Below are positions 1 to 9,725 of a stretch of DNA of 64,000 nucleotides, in pieces. Within the stretch, counting starts at the first letter, position 1. Every line of letters begins with the position of its first letter. Both the position numbers and the translations under genes were made by a program. This DNA comes from Dehalococcoidia bacterium (GTDB lineage Bacteria > Chloroflexota > Dehalococcoidia > Bin125), in NCBI GenBank assembly GCA_963663895.2, contig CAXXRD010000005.1, positions 160,408 through 224,407 on the forward strand, in the 5' to 3' direction. The notes beneath the pieces were generated by a model. That model saw only the letters and a program-made list of their open reading frames with translations. It searched no databases and had not been told where the DNA came from.

Positions 1-256
1 TGCGGCCGCCGATCCGGCCGGTCTCGCGCGGAGAGCGGGTGTTCGTGCTGCGCGGCAGCATGCCGTACTCGGCGGTGATCCAGCCCGCACCACTGCCGCG
101 CAGGAAGGGCGGCACTCGCTCCTCGACCGAGACGGCACAGAGTACACGTGTCAGGCCGAGGGCGATCATCGTCGAGCCCTCGGCGTGCACTTGGATACCG
201 GTCTCGATCGTGAGGGGGCGCATGTCCCGCGGCTGTCGGCTGTCGGGTCGAGGCAT
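1..256 (-). CDS. rph: Ribonuclease PH, N-terminal part (gene runs off the window start)
   Basis: Minus-strand frame from ATG (256-254) stays open to the window edge and is not in the ORF track. It translates [78 protein letters not shown], matching the RNase PH N-terminus (AEGS, VLC, GWxTAEYxMLPRST). Confidence 0.85.
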   Translation of the reverse strand, partial: MPRPDSRQPRDMRPLTIETGIQVHAEGSTMIALGLTRVLCAVSVEERVPPFLRGSGAGWITAEYGMLPRSTNTRSPRETGRIGGR

Positions 257-308
257 AGCGGGAGTCTAGCCGGGCCTGCCTCCGGCGTCCCGCATGGTGG
301 CGGTGCGG

Positions 309-1376
309 CTAGGGCGGTAGGCGGTCACTGCTGATGCGCAAGGTGGCGGCGTCTGATCGAAACGTGATTGTGCCGTGCTCGTCGGTGCGGAGCACGGTCA
401 CGTCTGTGAGGCGTTGGAGGACGCTCTCGCCTGGATGGCCGTAGGGGTTGTCCGATCCGGCGCTGATGACCGCGATGGCCGGTTGTACTCGGCGAAGCAG
501 CAGGTCCGTGGTGGAGCTGTCGCTGCCATGATGCGGGACCTTGAGCACCATGGCGGCAAGGTCACCGGGCGCACTCGCCAGGCGCAGCTCCGCTGGCGCC
601 TCGATATCGGCGGTGAAGAGAAAGCGGACATCGCCGTGCGCAAGCCGCAAGACGAGGCTGGCGTTGTTGATGCCAGCGCTCGTGATCGTGGTCGCCGTGC
701 CGTCGACAACGGGTGATGGGGGCGCGAGCACGTCGAGTGTGCTTTCGTCCGAAAGGCGAAGCTGCATTCCTGCCCAGAGCGTTTCCACGGCGACCCCGCG
801 CTCGATCGCCGCGGCAACTAGCCGGCGGCCCGGTTCCGTGAGTTTCTGCGCGGGAGCTACGTAGAGCACGTCGACGTGGTAGCGCTCCATCACGCCGAAG
901 AGGCCATTGACGTGATCTGCTTGGGGGTGCGTCGCCACGATCGCTTCGATCGAGCGTTCGCCCAAGGGCAGTACGTCGGCGAGGCGTTGGATGATGATCC
1001 GCTCGTCGGGTCCTCCGTCAATCAGTACGGTGGCTCCACGCGGATCGCGAATAAGCGTTGCGTCTCCCTGGCCGACGTCGAGAGCGTGAACGAGGAGATC
1101 GTCATCGTTTTCTTCGGTGACCGTGGACCAGACGACAATATTGATTGCGATCAGGACGCCGGCAGCGAGCCAGGCGACCGGCGCTTTCATGGACGGCAGA
1201 GTCCACTGGTTCGGTCGGCGGCGGCGGCAGATCCAAGCAGCAAGCGCGATCAAGACGCCGTAGATTACGAAGGTGTGCCAAAGACCGAATCCCTCGATCT
1301 GGAGCGCGGCGAACGGCAGATCGGCGAGTCTCTGCGCGACTTCGACGAACCAAGAGAGTGGCAGCCAGGCGATCAT
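309..1376 (-). CDS. comEC: ComEC/Rec2 C-terminal segment (last TMs plus metallo-beta-lactamase domain)
   Basis: Motifs LDVGQGDA, HPQADHVNG and VPHHGS typical of the ComEC MBL domain. Its reading frame stays open and hydrophobic upstream of the listed ATG (see frameshift finding). Confidence 0.85.
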   Translation of the reverse strand: MIAWLPLSWFVEVAQRLADLPFAALQIEGFGLWHTFVIYGVLIALAAWICRRRRPNQWTLPSMKAPVAWLAAGVLIAINIVVWSTVTEENDDDLLVHALDVGQGDATLIRDPRGATVLIDGGPDERIIIQRLADVLPLGERSIEAIVATHPQADHVNGLFGVMERYHVDVLYVAPAQKLTEPGRRLVAAAIERGVAVETLWAGMQLRLSDESTLDVLAPPSPVVDGTATTITSAGINNASLVLRLAHGDVRFLFTADIEAPAELRLASAPGDLAAMVLKVPHHGSDSSTTDLLLRRVQPAIAVISAGSDNPYGHPGESVLQRLTDVTVLRTDEHGTITFRSDAATLRISSDRLPP

Positions 1377-2746
1377 CCAGCCGACGCTGCTGCCGAGCGT
1401 GGCGGAGATCGTGCCGGCGATGCCGGTAGCAAGACTGCCGAGGAAGAGGAGGGGAAGGTTGGCGCGACCAGGAGGTTGGCGGGCACCGCGACGAGGGAGA
1501 GGCGTTCGAAGTGGAGGGCAATAAGCGGCAACGTGGCGGCCGTCGCGACGACGGTGATCACGGCAGTTTCGACCACTATTCGGATCAGAGTCGCGCCCCC
1601 CTTGCCTGACTCCGGTCTAGCACCGAGTTGCGCCGTGATGCGTTCACGTAGCGGCGTCGCCAGGAGGGCGAGCGCCGACGTGGCGGCGAAAGAGAGTTGG
1701 AAGGAAAGATTGGTGATCAGCGAGGGCGCAGCCGCCACCATGACCGCAGCGGCGAAAGTGACTGCGGGCACGGCGCTGCTGCTTCGACCCGAGATGCTGG
1801 CGCCGAGGAAAAGCGAGGTCATGATTGCGGCGCGGATGACGGGGGGATCCGCGCCGACGAACACAGCGTAGGCACCCATCAGGACGATGGCGATGACGAC
1901 TGCCCATCTGCGGCCGATCGCCCAAGCGATGGCGCCGACGAGCAGGGTCGCCAAGATGATGACATTGCTGCCCGAGATGACGACGAGGTGCGAAAGACTG
2001 GTGTCGTTGAGGTCCGTGCGGAACTCTGACTCCAACGTGCCGCGTCGTCCTGTCGCGATGCCTTGGGCGAGTCCGGCCAGCGGCTCATCGAGCGCATGCG
2101 CCAGCGCGCGGTCAACGTCCAGCCGGGCCTCGCCGAGGGCGGCACGCAGAGGATCGCCGTGGCCATGTGCAAGGACCTCGACGCTGGAGGCGGTACCGGT
2201 CGCGCTAATGCCCCGCTCGGACAAGAGGTCTCGCAGCATCCGAGGAGCGGCTGGCAACGGGTGCAGTGTAGTGGTCAGCCGTAGCCGGTCGCCGTAGGCG
2301 TACGCTGGGCCGAGCGGGGCGCGGATGAGCACCGTCCCGTCTGCATCGATCTGCTCGGTGCCGATCGTCAGCGTCTCGACATTGAGGCGAAGACGTTGGT
2401 CGGTTCCACGCCGCTCGATGTCCCCGACGATGGCGCCCGTAACCTCAACGCGCTCACCGGAGATGGATGCGACGCTTCCGAACGTGGGCGGTCCGTCGTC
2501 AGCGCGCGCGAGACCGACCGCGAAGGCCAGCGGGATGAGAATCGCCAAGACGAATGCTGTCCGCTTGCGGCGCCAGGTGAGAGGGCTGCTGGCCACGGCG
2601 ACGGCCGCGAGCGCCGCGAGTTCGATAGCGTCGCTGTCGAAGCCGGTTGCGGTGGCGACGCCTGCGACGAAGGCGAGGCAAACCGCCAACAGTGGTAGCG
2701 CGAGAAGGTAGCGAGTCAGGTACGAGCCCGGGCCGTGGGTGATCAC
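1373..2746 (-). CDS. comEC: ComEC/Rec2 N-terminal segment (DUF4131-like TMs plus competence channel domain)
   Basis: Polytopic membrane protein with the OB-like N-region and competence-domain pattern (SHLVVISGSNV). The last ~28 codons (TFPSSSSAVLLPASPARSPPRSAAASAG) look out of frame. Overlaps the downstream segment by ATGA. Confidence 0.8.
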   Translation of the reverse strand: MITHGPGSYLTRYLLALPLLAVCLAFVAGVATATGFDSDAIELAALAAVAVASSPLTWRRKRTAFVLAILIPLAFAVGLARADDGPPTFGSVASISGERVEVTGAIVGDIERRGTDQRLRLNVETLTIGTEQIDADGTVLIRAPLGPAYAYGDRLRLTTTLHPLPAAPRMLRDLLSERGISATGTASSVEVLAHGHGDPLRAALGEARLDVDRALAHALDEPLAGLAQGIATGRRGTLESEFRTDLNDTSLSHLVVISGSNVIILATLLVGAIAWAIGRRWAVVIAIVLMGAYAVFVGADPPVIRAAIMTSLFLGASISGRSSSAVPAVTFAAAVMVAAAPSLITNLSFQLSFAATSALALLATPLRERITAQLGARPESGKGGATLIRIVVETAVITVVATAATLPLIALHFERLSLVAVPANLLVAPTFPSSSSAVLLPASPARSPPRSAAASAG

Positions 2747-3288
2747 GGGGATACGCCTACCAATGGCCGCAGTGTCTCGGCGGTGCTGCGGGGCAGCAGG
2801 CCCCGATCCACCACATCCTGCAGCGACGCAAAGGGCTCGTCATGGCGTGCGTCGATGAGGGCTTTCGCGCGCTTCGCGCCGATGCCCGGTAGCGCCATGA
2901 GCTCGGCAAGGGAGGCTCGGTTGAGGTCGACGCGGTGGGCGATGCGCTGTGGAGCAGAAGGGGCGCCGTCTGCATCGACAGCGAGAAAAACGTGGACGCC
3001 ATCGAAGAGCTGCATCTTGGGGTCAATGTCGCCGCGGGCGGAGTCGAGTGGCCCGCCCGCAGCCAAAATGGCGTCTCCCAAAGTCGCTGCGGCGCTGAGT
3101 TCGTACTCGCCGGGCCGCGCGACGGCCCCGTCCACTCGGATCCGGATGGGGAGCTCTTCTGGCGAGAGATGCTGCGGTGGCTGCGGCACGCTCCCGGAAT
3201 CGGCGGCGAGAACGGCCAATCCGGCGACCAGCAGCAAGAACAAAGTGGCGGCGGGCCACCAGACAGGTTGCCTTAGGAGTGCGCGCAA
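2743..3288 (-). CDS. comEA: ComEA DNA receptor (SLBB plus helix-hairpin-helix)
   Basis: N-terminal TM. C-terminal DLNRASLAELMALPGIGAKRAKALIDAR HhH motif. Stop overlaps the comEC start. Confidence 0.85.
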   Translation of the reverse strand: MRALLRQPVWWPAATLFLLLVAGLAVLAADSGSVPQPPQHLSPEELPIRIRVDGAVARPGEYELSAAATLGDAILAAGGPLDSARGDIDPKMQLFDGVHVFLAVDADGAPSAPQRIAHRVDLNRASLAELMALPGIGAKRAKALIDARHDEPFASLQDVVDRGLLPRSTAETLRPLVGVSP

Positions 3289-3411
3289 GAAGTGAGCGCC
3301 CCCATCGTTGGTCTCGTGCTCTCGCCCGGCGGGATCGCATCGCGTCGGGTGCGCCGCAGGCTAACTGCTATCGACTGCTATAGTAGGCGCCCTTCGCGGA
3401 GGTTGGTGTCG

Positions 3412-4332
3412 ATGTGGCCCCGTTCGTTGCTGGCGATCGCCGATCTACCGCCTGCCGATATCGAGCTGTTGTTGGATAGAGCGCAGGCTCAGAAGGCCGA
3501 TCCGGGCGGTCCGCATGGGCGAGCCTGCGCCGGGCGATCGCTGGCGCTGCTGTTCGAGAAACCTTCGCTGCGGACGCGGGTCTCCTTCGAGCTGGCCATG
3601 CAGCGGTTGGGTGGTACAGCGCTCTATCTGTCCCCGGCGGAGGTGGGGCTGGGCAAGCGCGAGCCCGTCAAAGACGTGGCGCGCGTGCTCGGCGGCTACT
3701 GCGACGCCATCGCCTGCCGCACCTTCAGCCAGGAAGTGCTGGTCGAGCTTGCGGATTGGTCCGGCGTGCCGGTGATCAACGCCCTATCCGATTGGGAGCA
3801 TCCCTGCCAGGCGCTGGCGGATCTGCTCACCGTTCGGGAGCAGTTGGGAGGGACACAAGGGCACACGCTGGCCTACGTCGGAGATGGCAACAACGTGGCG
3901 CGTTCCCTGGCGCTTGGGGCAGCCTCCGTGGGAATGCATGTGCGCCTGGCGTCTCCGCCGGCGTTCGCGCTGGACGAGGCCAGCGCGGTGGCGGCGGCGA
4001 GTCGCGGAAAGGCGTCGGGCGGCAGCGTCCGGCTCCTGGAAGACCCTCGGGAAGCGGTTGCCGGGGCCGACGTCGTCTACACGGATGTTTGGACGAGCAT
4101 GGGGCAGGAGGACGAAGCCGCCGCGCGGCGGCGCGCGTTCTTCGGCTACCAGGTCTCACAGGAGTTGCTGGCGCTTGCCCGTCCCGGAGCGATCGTCATG
4201 CACGACCTTCCCGCCCATCGCGGGGAGGAGATCACGGACGCAGCGATCGAGAGCGAGCAATCGGTGGTGTTCGCGCAGGCCGAGAACCGGTTGCACGCCC
4301 AGCAAGCGGTGTTGTGGCAGCTGCTGGGCTAG
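3412..4332 (+). CDS. argF: Ornithine carbamoyltransferase
   Basis: Motifs FEKPSLRTRVSFE, HPCQALADL and DVWTSMG. Start moved to ATG 3412 (MWPRSLLAIADL), giving ~306 aa. Confidence 0.9.
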   Translation: MWPRSLLAIADLPPADIELLLDRAQAQKADPGGPHGRACAGRSLALLFEKPSLRTRVSFELAMQRLGGTALYLSPAEVGLGKREPVKDVARVLGGYCDAIACRTFSQEVLVELADWSGVPVINALSDWEHPCQALADLLTVREQLGGTQGHTLAYVGDGNNVARSLALGAASVGMHVRLASPPAFALDEASAVAAASRGKASGGSVRLLEDPREAVAGADVVYTDVWTSMGQEDEAAARRRAFFGYQVSQELLALARPGAIVMHDLPAHRGEEITDAAIESEQSVVFAQAENRLHAQQAVLWQLLG

Positions 4333-4474
4333 GATTGACGGCCGCCCGTGGGCGATGCAGGCCCGATGCGTGGGCCGTACGAGCGAGAATGTCGTTGCCA
4401 GGGGCCGGGACGTCCCTAGTGCGGCGTCAGGTGCGCGCGATGAGTAAAGCGTCGGCCGGACTCGCGGAACGCCC

Positions 4475-5305
4475 ATGAACGACGATCTATTCGACGCTAT
4501 TACGGACGTGTTTTCCGGCTTCGGCTGGCCGGCGGTGTTTGAGGTCGCGATCTTGGCCTTCGTGATCTTTGCGTTGCTGCGCTTGGTGCGTGGTACAAGC
4601 GCGATGCCGGTGGTGCGCGGCATCGGCATCGTGGTGGTGGCGATCGTGCTGGTGAGCCGCGTGTTCGACCTCGCCGTGCTGAGCTGGTTGGTCAATAACG
4701 CCCTCGCCGTACTGGCCTTGTTCGTGCTGATCGTGTTCCAACCGGAGTTCCGCCGTGCCCTGGAGCGCGTGGGGAGGACGGGAGTGCGCTCGCTCGTCGG
4801 CGTGAGACGGGACGGCTACGACCCACTGATCGACGCTGTGAGCGTGGCGGCTGGTGAGCTGTCGGCGCAGCGCGCGGGAGCGTTGATGGTGATCGAGCGG
4901 GAGACGGGATTGCAAGAGATCGCCGATACGGGGACGCCCGTCGATGCGCTCCCGACGCCCGCGCTGTTGGAGGGGATCTTCTACCCGAATTCGCCGCTGC
5001 ACGATGGGGCTGTACTGCTGCGGCCGGAGCGGGTCGTTGCAGCCGCTTGCACGCTGCCCGTATCGCCGCAGCGGACGGTCCGTGGCGCGCATGTGGGACT
5101 GCGACATCGGGCGGCGCTGGGGATCAGCGAACAGACCGACGCCATCGCGGTCGTGGTGTCCGAGGAGACGGGCGCGATCTCGGTCACGATGGGCGGACGG
5201 CTTGTGCAGCGGCTCAACGAGCAGCGGTTGCGCACGCTGCTTGGCACCCTCACGAGCGGTGCCTGGCGCGAGTTCCGGCTACGTACGTCGCGGACGGAGG
5301 CCTGA
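4475..5305 (+). CDS. cdaA: Diadenylate cyclase CdaA (3 N-terminal TMs plus DAC domain)
   Basis: Motifs PLHDGAVLL and GLRHRAALGISEQTDAIAVVVSEETGAIS. Confidence 0.9.
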   Translation: MNDDLFDAITDVFSGFGWPAVFEVAILAFVIFALLRLVRGTSAMPVVRGIGIVVVAIVLVSRVFDLAVLSWLVNNALAVLALFVLIVFQPEFRRALERVGRTGVRSLVGVRRDGYDPLIDAVSVAAGELSAQRAGALMVIERETGLQEIADTGTPVDALPTPALLEGIFYPNSPLHDGAVLLRPERVVAAACTLPVSPQRTVRGAHVGLRHRAALGISEQTDAIAVVVSEETGAISVTMGGRLVQRLNEQRLRTLLGTLTSGAWREFRLRTSRTEA

Positions 5306-6605
5306 GATACTGCGGGGTTGGCGACGATCGCGCCGGCGCGGGCGGAGTCTGGCGAGCAACCTCATCCTCGCCGCGGTCTCCGTGATTCTTGCGCTCGTGA
5401 TCTGGTTTTTGGTGACTGACTCTGAACTGGAGACGGTAGAGGAACGGCTGGGATTCGGGTTGGCAGTTGAGGCGGTCAACACGCCGAACGGCCTCGCACC
5501 GGCCAACCGGCTGCCCACGGCCTCCATCAATATCGCGGGCAGCGAGTCGAGTGTGCAGGCGGTGATCGCGGATGACTTCGTCGCGACCGTGGACTTGGCG
5601 GGACTCGAAGCGGGATCGCACAACATACCGGTGCGTGTACGGTCCTTGGCGGACGAGGTACGGGTCCGCTCGGTCACGCCGGAATCCGTGGAGGTGATCC
5701 TGGAGCCGGTGGAGCAGCGCTCGCTCCCGGTGACCGTAGTGCACGCGAACCCCCCGCCATTGGGATTCGAGGTCGGAGAACCGGAGTTGTCGGCGACAGC
5801 AGTGATGGTGAGCGGTATCCGGCAGCTTGTGGACCTTGTGGATGTCGTGGTGGCCGCGGTTGATCTTGGAGGAGCGACCGTTGCGATCGAGGTGACTGCG
5901 ATCCTCCAAGCTCGCACGGCCACCGGCGCCGCGGTCAGTGGTGTGCAGATTGTCCCGGCGACGGTCGATGTGCGGGTGCCCGTGGAGCAGGTGACGTTCC
6001 GCAGTTCTGTGGCGGTGGAACCCCAACTGACCGGGCGTCCCCGCACCGGTTTTCGGGTGGCTGGCGTGGGAGTGGAGCCGCTCAATGTGGTCGTCGTCGG
6101 GACGCTCGATGCACTGGGGGGTGTTGAAACGGTGATGACAGTGCCGATCTCCGTCGCCGCGCATGAGGCGGATTTCAGGACGGACGTGGGGTTGGTGCTC
6201 CCTGCCGGGCTGGCGCTTGAAACCGAGACGACCGTTTCTGTTCGGGTAGCGATCGAACCGATCCATACCGAAACAGCTTTCCTTCTGCTGGTGGAGGCGG
6301 TGGGGCTCGGCGACGGCTTGGTTGCGGATGTGCGCCCGCTCCTGGTTACCCTGACGCTCGAAGGACCGTCTGCGGCGATCGCCGAAATCGTGGAAGGGAG
6401 AGGCACTGCGATCGTTGATTTGACTGACTTGACGCCGGGCCTTTATCCGCTACCCGTGGAGTTCGATGCGATGCCCGGCGTGGCCGTGACGCTGCGCCCC
6501 GAGGAGGTGGTGGTGGTGATCGAGGAGGAAGAGGAAGAGGAAGAGGCGGCGGCGGAAGAAGACGAAGACGAGGACGAGGAAACGGACGAGGAAGCGTCGG
6601 AGTGA
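5259..6605 (+). CDS. cdaR: CdaR-like regulator with YbbR-type repeat domains and an acidic C-terminal tail
   Basis: Located directly after cdaA. Has an N-terminal TM (LILAAVSVILALVIWFLV) followed by repeated beta-rich YbbR-like modules. Start uncertain (GTG 5259 or later); the ORF-track start at 4944 overlaps cdaA too far. Confidence 0.7.
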   Translation: MPGASSGYVRRGRRPEILRGWRRSRRRGRSLASNLILAAVSVILALVIWFLVTDSELETVEERLGFGLAVEAVNTPNGLAPANRLPTASINIAGSESSVQAVIADDFVATVDLAGLEAGSHNIPVRVRSLADEVRVRSVTPESVEVILEPVEQRSLPVTVVHANPPPLGFEVGEPELSATAVMVSGIRQLVDLVDVVVAAVDLGGATVAIEVTAILQARTATGAAVSGVQIVPATVDVRVPVEQVTFRSSVAVEPQLTGRPRTGFRVAGVGVEPLNVVVVGTLDALGGVETVMTVPISVAAHEADFRTDVGLVLPAGLALETETTVSVRVAIEPIHTETAFLLLVEAVGLGDGLVADVRPLLVTLTLEGPSAAIAEIVEGRGTAIVDLTDLTPGLYPLPVEFDAMPGVAVTLRPEEVVVVIEEEEEEEEAAAEEDEDEDEETDEEASE

Positions 6606-7954
6606 CCACTAAGACCGGAATCCACACCCAACTCCCGCTCGTCGCGATCGTTGGGCGGCCCAACGTCGGGAAGTCGGCGCTGTTTAACAGGATCGTTGGG
6701 AGACGCAAGGCGATCGTGGAAAACGAGCCGGGAACGACGCGGGACCGGAACTACGATGACGCCGATTGGTGCGGGCGCGCGTTCCGCGTGGTCGATACCG
6801 GGGGATTGCTGGGTGAGGCGGTGTCGGGGCCGTACGCTACCCCGATCAGTGAACAGGTGGGCTACGCGCTCTCTGAGGCGGACGCAATTTGCTTCGTGGT
6901 CGATGTCCGCGATGGGCTGTTGCCGCTCGACATGGACGTGGCGGCTTTGCTGCGGGAGGCGTCGCAGCCGGTGTTCTTGGTCGGTAACAAGAGCGACAGC
7001 GCCGGGATGGAGGCCGCTGCGGCCGAGTTCTACGCGATCGGGCTCGGCGAGCCGCTGACCGTGAGCGCTCTCCACGGCCGCGGTGTGGGCGAGCTGTTGG
7101 ATCGAATGGTTGCTGGTCTGCCCGAGGGCTCGCCGCCGCCGCCGCCGACCTGCAGGCTGGCGATCGTGGGCCGGCCGAACGTGGGGAAATCGTCGATTGT
7201 GAATGCAATCCTTGATGCGGATCGGATGATCGTCAGTTCGACGCCCGGCACCACGCGGGACGCGGTCGATACGGAGATGGCGTTCGAGGGTAAGCGGTAC
7301 CTGTTGGTGGATACGGCGGGCGTGCGCAAGCGTGGGAAGGTCGAGCCGGGCGTGGAGCGCGCGTCCGTCGTTCGGGCGCGCCGGGCGATCGAGCGCGCCG
7401 ACGTTGCGGTGGTCGTCATGGACGCGGCCGAAGATATCGCCGCGCAAGACCAACACATCGTGGGCATGGCGCTTGAGACACATAGAGGTGTCGTTCTCGC
7501 GTTGAACAAGAGCGACCTGATCGCGGGTGATGTGGAGGCGATCGCGCGCCGGGAACGCCAACTGCGCTGGCGCGCCCGCTTCATGCCCTGGGCCCCGGCG
7601 ATTTGGATATCGGCCCTGCAAGGGAGCAACCTGGATCTCCTACTGCGTACGGCGACGACGGTGGCCGAGGAGCGCCGCCGCCGCGTTCCAACTGGGGAGC
7701 TGAACGCAGTGGTCAGGCAGGCGATGCGTGAGCATCCGCCTGGCGCCGTGCACGGACGGGCCGTGAAGCTCTTCTATGTGGCGCAGACGGACGTCGAGCC
7801 GCCGACCTTCCAGTTCTTTGTCAATTACCCTGATGGCGTGCATTTTTCATACCAGCGCTTTCTCGAGCGACAGATCCGCGACGCCTTCGGATTCGAGGGT
7901 GCCGCGATACGCATGGTGCTGCGCGGGCGCGACGGGCACGAAGCGGATCGTTGA
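6602..7954 (+). CDS. der: GTPase Der/EngA (two tandem GTPase domains plus KH-like C-terminus)
   Basis: P-loop motifs GRPNVGKSALFN and GRPNVGKSSIVN, with DTGG and DTAG. Confidence 0.92.
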   Translation: MTTKTGIHTQLPLVAIVGRPNVGKSALFNRIVGRRKAIVENEPGTTRDRNYDDADWCGRAFRVVDTGGLLGEAVSGPYATPISEQVGYALSEADAICFVVDVRDGLLPLDMDVAALLREASQPVFLVGNKSDSAGMEAAAAEFYAIGLGEPLTVSALHGRGVGELLDRMVAGLPEGSPPPPPTCRLAIVGRPNVGKSSIVNAILDADRMIVSSTPGTTRDAVDTEMAFEGKRYLLVDTAGVRKRGKVEPGVERASVVRARRAIERADVAVVVMDAAEDIAAQDQHIVGMALETHRGVVLALNKSDLIAGDVEAIARRERQLRWRARFMPWAPAIWISALQGSNLDLLLRTATTVAEERRRRVPTGELNAVVRQAMREHPPGAVHGRAVKLFYVAQTDVEPPTFQFFVNYPDGVHFSYQRFLERQIRDAFGFEGAAIRMVLRGRDGHEADR

Positions 7955-7973
7955 ATGCGGTTTCCAGTAGACC

Positions 7974-8621
7974 ATGGTTGAGGCCTGGCTCGTTGGCTGC
8001 GTGGCCGGATACCTGCTGGGCTCGATCCCGGTGGGGCTGTGGGTCGGTCGTGCTGTAGGCGGCGTCGACTTGCGACAGGTGGGGAGCGGGAAGATCGGCG
8101 CGACCAACACCTTGCGCCGATTGGGGAAGAAGTGGTCGCTGCTGGTGTTCGTCCTCGACGGGTCGAAGGGTGCCCTGGCGGTGCTCGTTCCCTATCTGAT
8201 TTGGGACAGTCCCACCGCGGAGGTGATCGGGGGGCTGGCCGCGATTGTCGGGCACATCTTCCCGATTTTCGCACGCTTCCGTGGGGGCCGCGGCGCCACG
8301 ACGGCGCTGGTTGCGTTGCTCGTACTCGCTCCGCCCCTGGGGGCGATCGGCTTCGCGTCCGGGATCTTCTTCGTTGTCGCTACGCGGATCGTGTCGATCG
8401 CGACTCTCGCGACGGCGGTCCTGCTCGCCATTCTGCTGTCGGCCTTTGTGGCGCTTGGGGAAGAGCCGACGGCGTACTATGCCTACGCTTGGTGCTCGTG
8501 CGTAATCATCCTGATCGCGCATCGCGACAATATTCGGCGGTTGCTGGCGGGTACCGAGCCTCGCATTGGGCAGATGGGTCGGACGGACAAGTTGACCACC
8601 GAGGCCGGGGAGCGACCGTGA
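7974..8621 (+). CDS. plsY: Glycerol-3-phosphate acyltransferase PlsY
   Basis: Motifs GSIPVGLWVGR and GSGKIGATN. Polytopic membrane protein. Confidence 0.9.
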   Translation: MVEAWLVGCVAGYLLGSIPVGLWVGRAVGGVDLRQVGSGKIGATNTLRRLGKKWSLLVFVLDGSKGALAVLVPYLIWDSPTAEVIGGLAAIVGHIFPIFARFRGGRGATTALVALLVLAPPLGAIGFASGIFFVVATRIVSIATLATAVLLAILLSAFVALGEEPTAYYAYAWCSCVIILIAHRDNIRRLLAGTEPRIGQMGRTDKLTTEAGERP

Positions 8622-9646
8622 GCGGGGCGCATGTCCTTGTCGTCGGCAGTACCTCCTGGGGTTGCACCCTGGCGATGCAACTCGCCCGCGCCGGCAGCCG
8701 TGTATCGCTCCACTGTCGTAGCGCGGCGGCGGCGGAGCAGCTCAGCGCGGAGCGAGAGGAGCGGCGGCTGCTCCCCGGCATCGCCTTGCCGGACTCGCTG
8801 GAGTTCACGACGACGGAGGCGGTTCCCCCGTCGCCGGACGCGATCTTCTTCGTCGTGCCCTCGCAGCGTTTGCGGGACAACGTTGAGGAGGTGTTGCCGG
8901 CGTTGGCGCGCCCCCTGCCGCCGCTGGTGAGCGCCAGCAAGGGACTGGAGATCGGCACGGAGTTGCGGATGACGGAGGTCATGGCGGAAAAGACGCGAAC
9001 CTTGGGGGAAGCGCCGCCGCTTGTGGCATTGTCCGGTCCCAACATCGCGCGAGAGGTGGCACTCGGACTGCCGGCGACGACGGTCGTCGCCTGCCGGGAC
9101 GTGGCGGTGGCGGAGACGCTGCGGGACATGCTGATGACCCCGGCCTTGCGGGTGTACACCAGCTCCGACATCGTCGGGGTGGAGTTGGGCGGGGCGCTGA
9201 AGAACGTGATCGCGATCGGCGTGGGAATCGGGGACGGACTCAACCTGGGCGAGAATGCGCGGGCTGCCCTGACTGCACGTGGGTTGGCCGAAATTACCCG
9301 GCTGGGGATGGCGTTGGGGGCAGAGCCGCTCACGCTGACGGGGTTAGCGGGATTAGGTGATCTGATCCTGACGTGTACGAGCCAGCGATCGCGCAATCGT
9401 TACGTTGGCGAGCAGATCGGCAAAGGTCGCTCCCTGGATACGGTCCTGGGGGAGATGGTGCACGTGGCGGAGGGTGTGGATACGACGCGCGTAGCGCGCA
9501 CCCTGGCCCGCCGGGTCGGTGTCGAGATGCCGATCGTGGACGCGATCTATCGGGTGTTGTCCGAGGGTCAACAGCCGATGGACGCCGTGCGATCCTTGAT
9601 GACGCGTGCTGCTCAGCAGGAACTGGTGGGACGATCGTCGCCCTAG
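8618..9646 (+). CDS. gpsA: NAD(P)H-dependent glycerol-3-phosphate dehydrogenase
   Basis: GTG 8618 overlaps the plsY stop (GTGA). Motifs LSGPNIAREV, GALKNVIAIG and RNRYVGEQIGKG. Confidence 0.9.
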   Translation: MSGAHVLVVGSTSWGCTLAMQLARAGSRVSLHCRSAAAAEQLSAEREERRLLPGIALPDSLEFTTTEAVPPSPDAIFFVVPSQRLRDNVEEVLPALARPLPPLVSASKGLEIGTELRMTEVMAEKTRTLGEAPPLVALSGPNIAREVALGLPATTVVACRDVAVAETLRDMLMTPALRVYTSSDIVGVELGGALKNVIAIGVGIGDGLNLGENARAALTARGLAEITRLGMALGAEPLTLTGLAGLGDLILTCTSQRSRNRYVGEQIGKGRSLDTVLGEMVHVAEGVDTTRVARTLARRVGVEMPIVDAIYRVLSEGQQPMDAVRSLMTRAAQQELVGRSSP

Positions 9647-9725
9647 CGTTCCCTGGCTCGTGCTTGGGGTCTCTTCGTACACTATGCGGGAACGAGGATG
9701 ACGGGGAGCGAAAACGGCGGGTCGC

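Noticed and set aside
39-269. Plus-strand 76-aa ORF at the window start
   Set aside because: It is the antisense shadow of the clearly recognisable RNase PH N-terminus on the minus strand (1-256). Its R/S/P-rich sequence is not protein-like.
876-1871. 331-aa plus-strand ORF, with similar ORFs at 375-716, 541-864 and 1887-2297
   Set aside because: These lie antisense to comEC. They have the Arg/Ala/Gly-rich composition typical of shadow ORFs in high-GC DNA and no motifs.
5250-7629. Long minus-strand ORFs (5250-6266, 5279-6406, 6443-7621, 7030-7629)
   Set aside because: They are antisense to the well-supported cdaR and der genes. Their R/H/P/S-rich low-complexity translations mark them as high-GC shadow frames.
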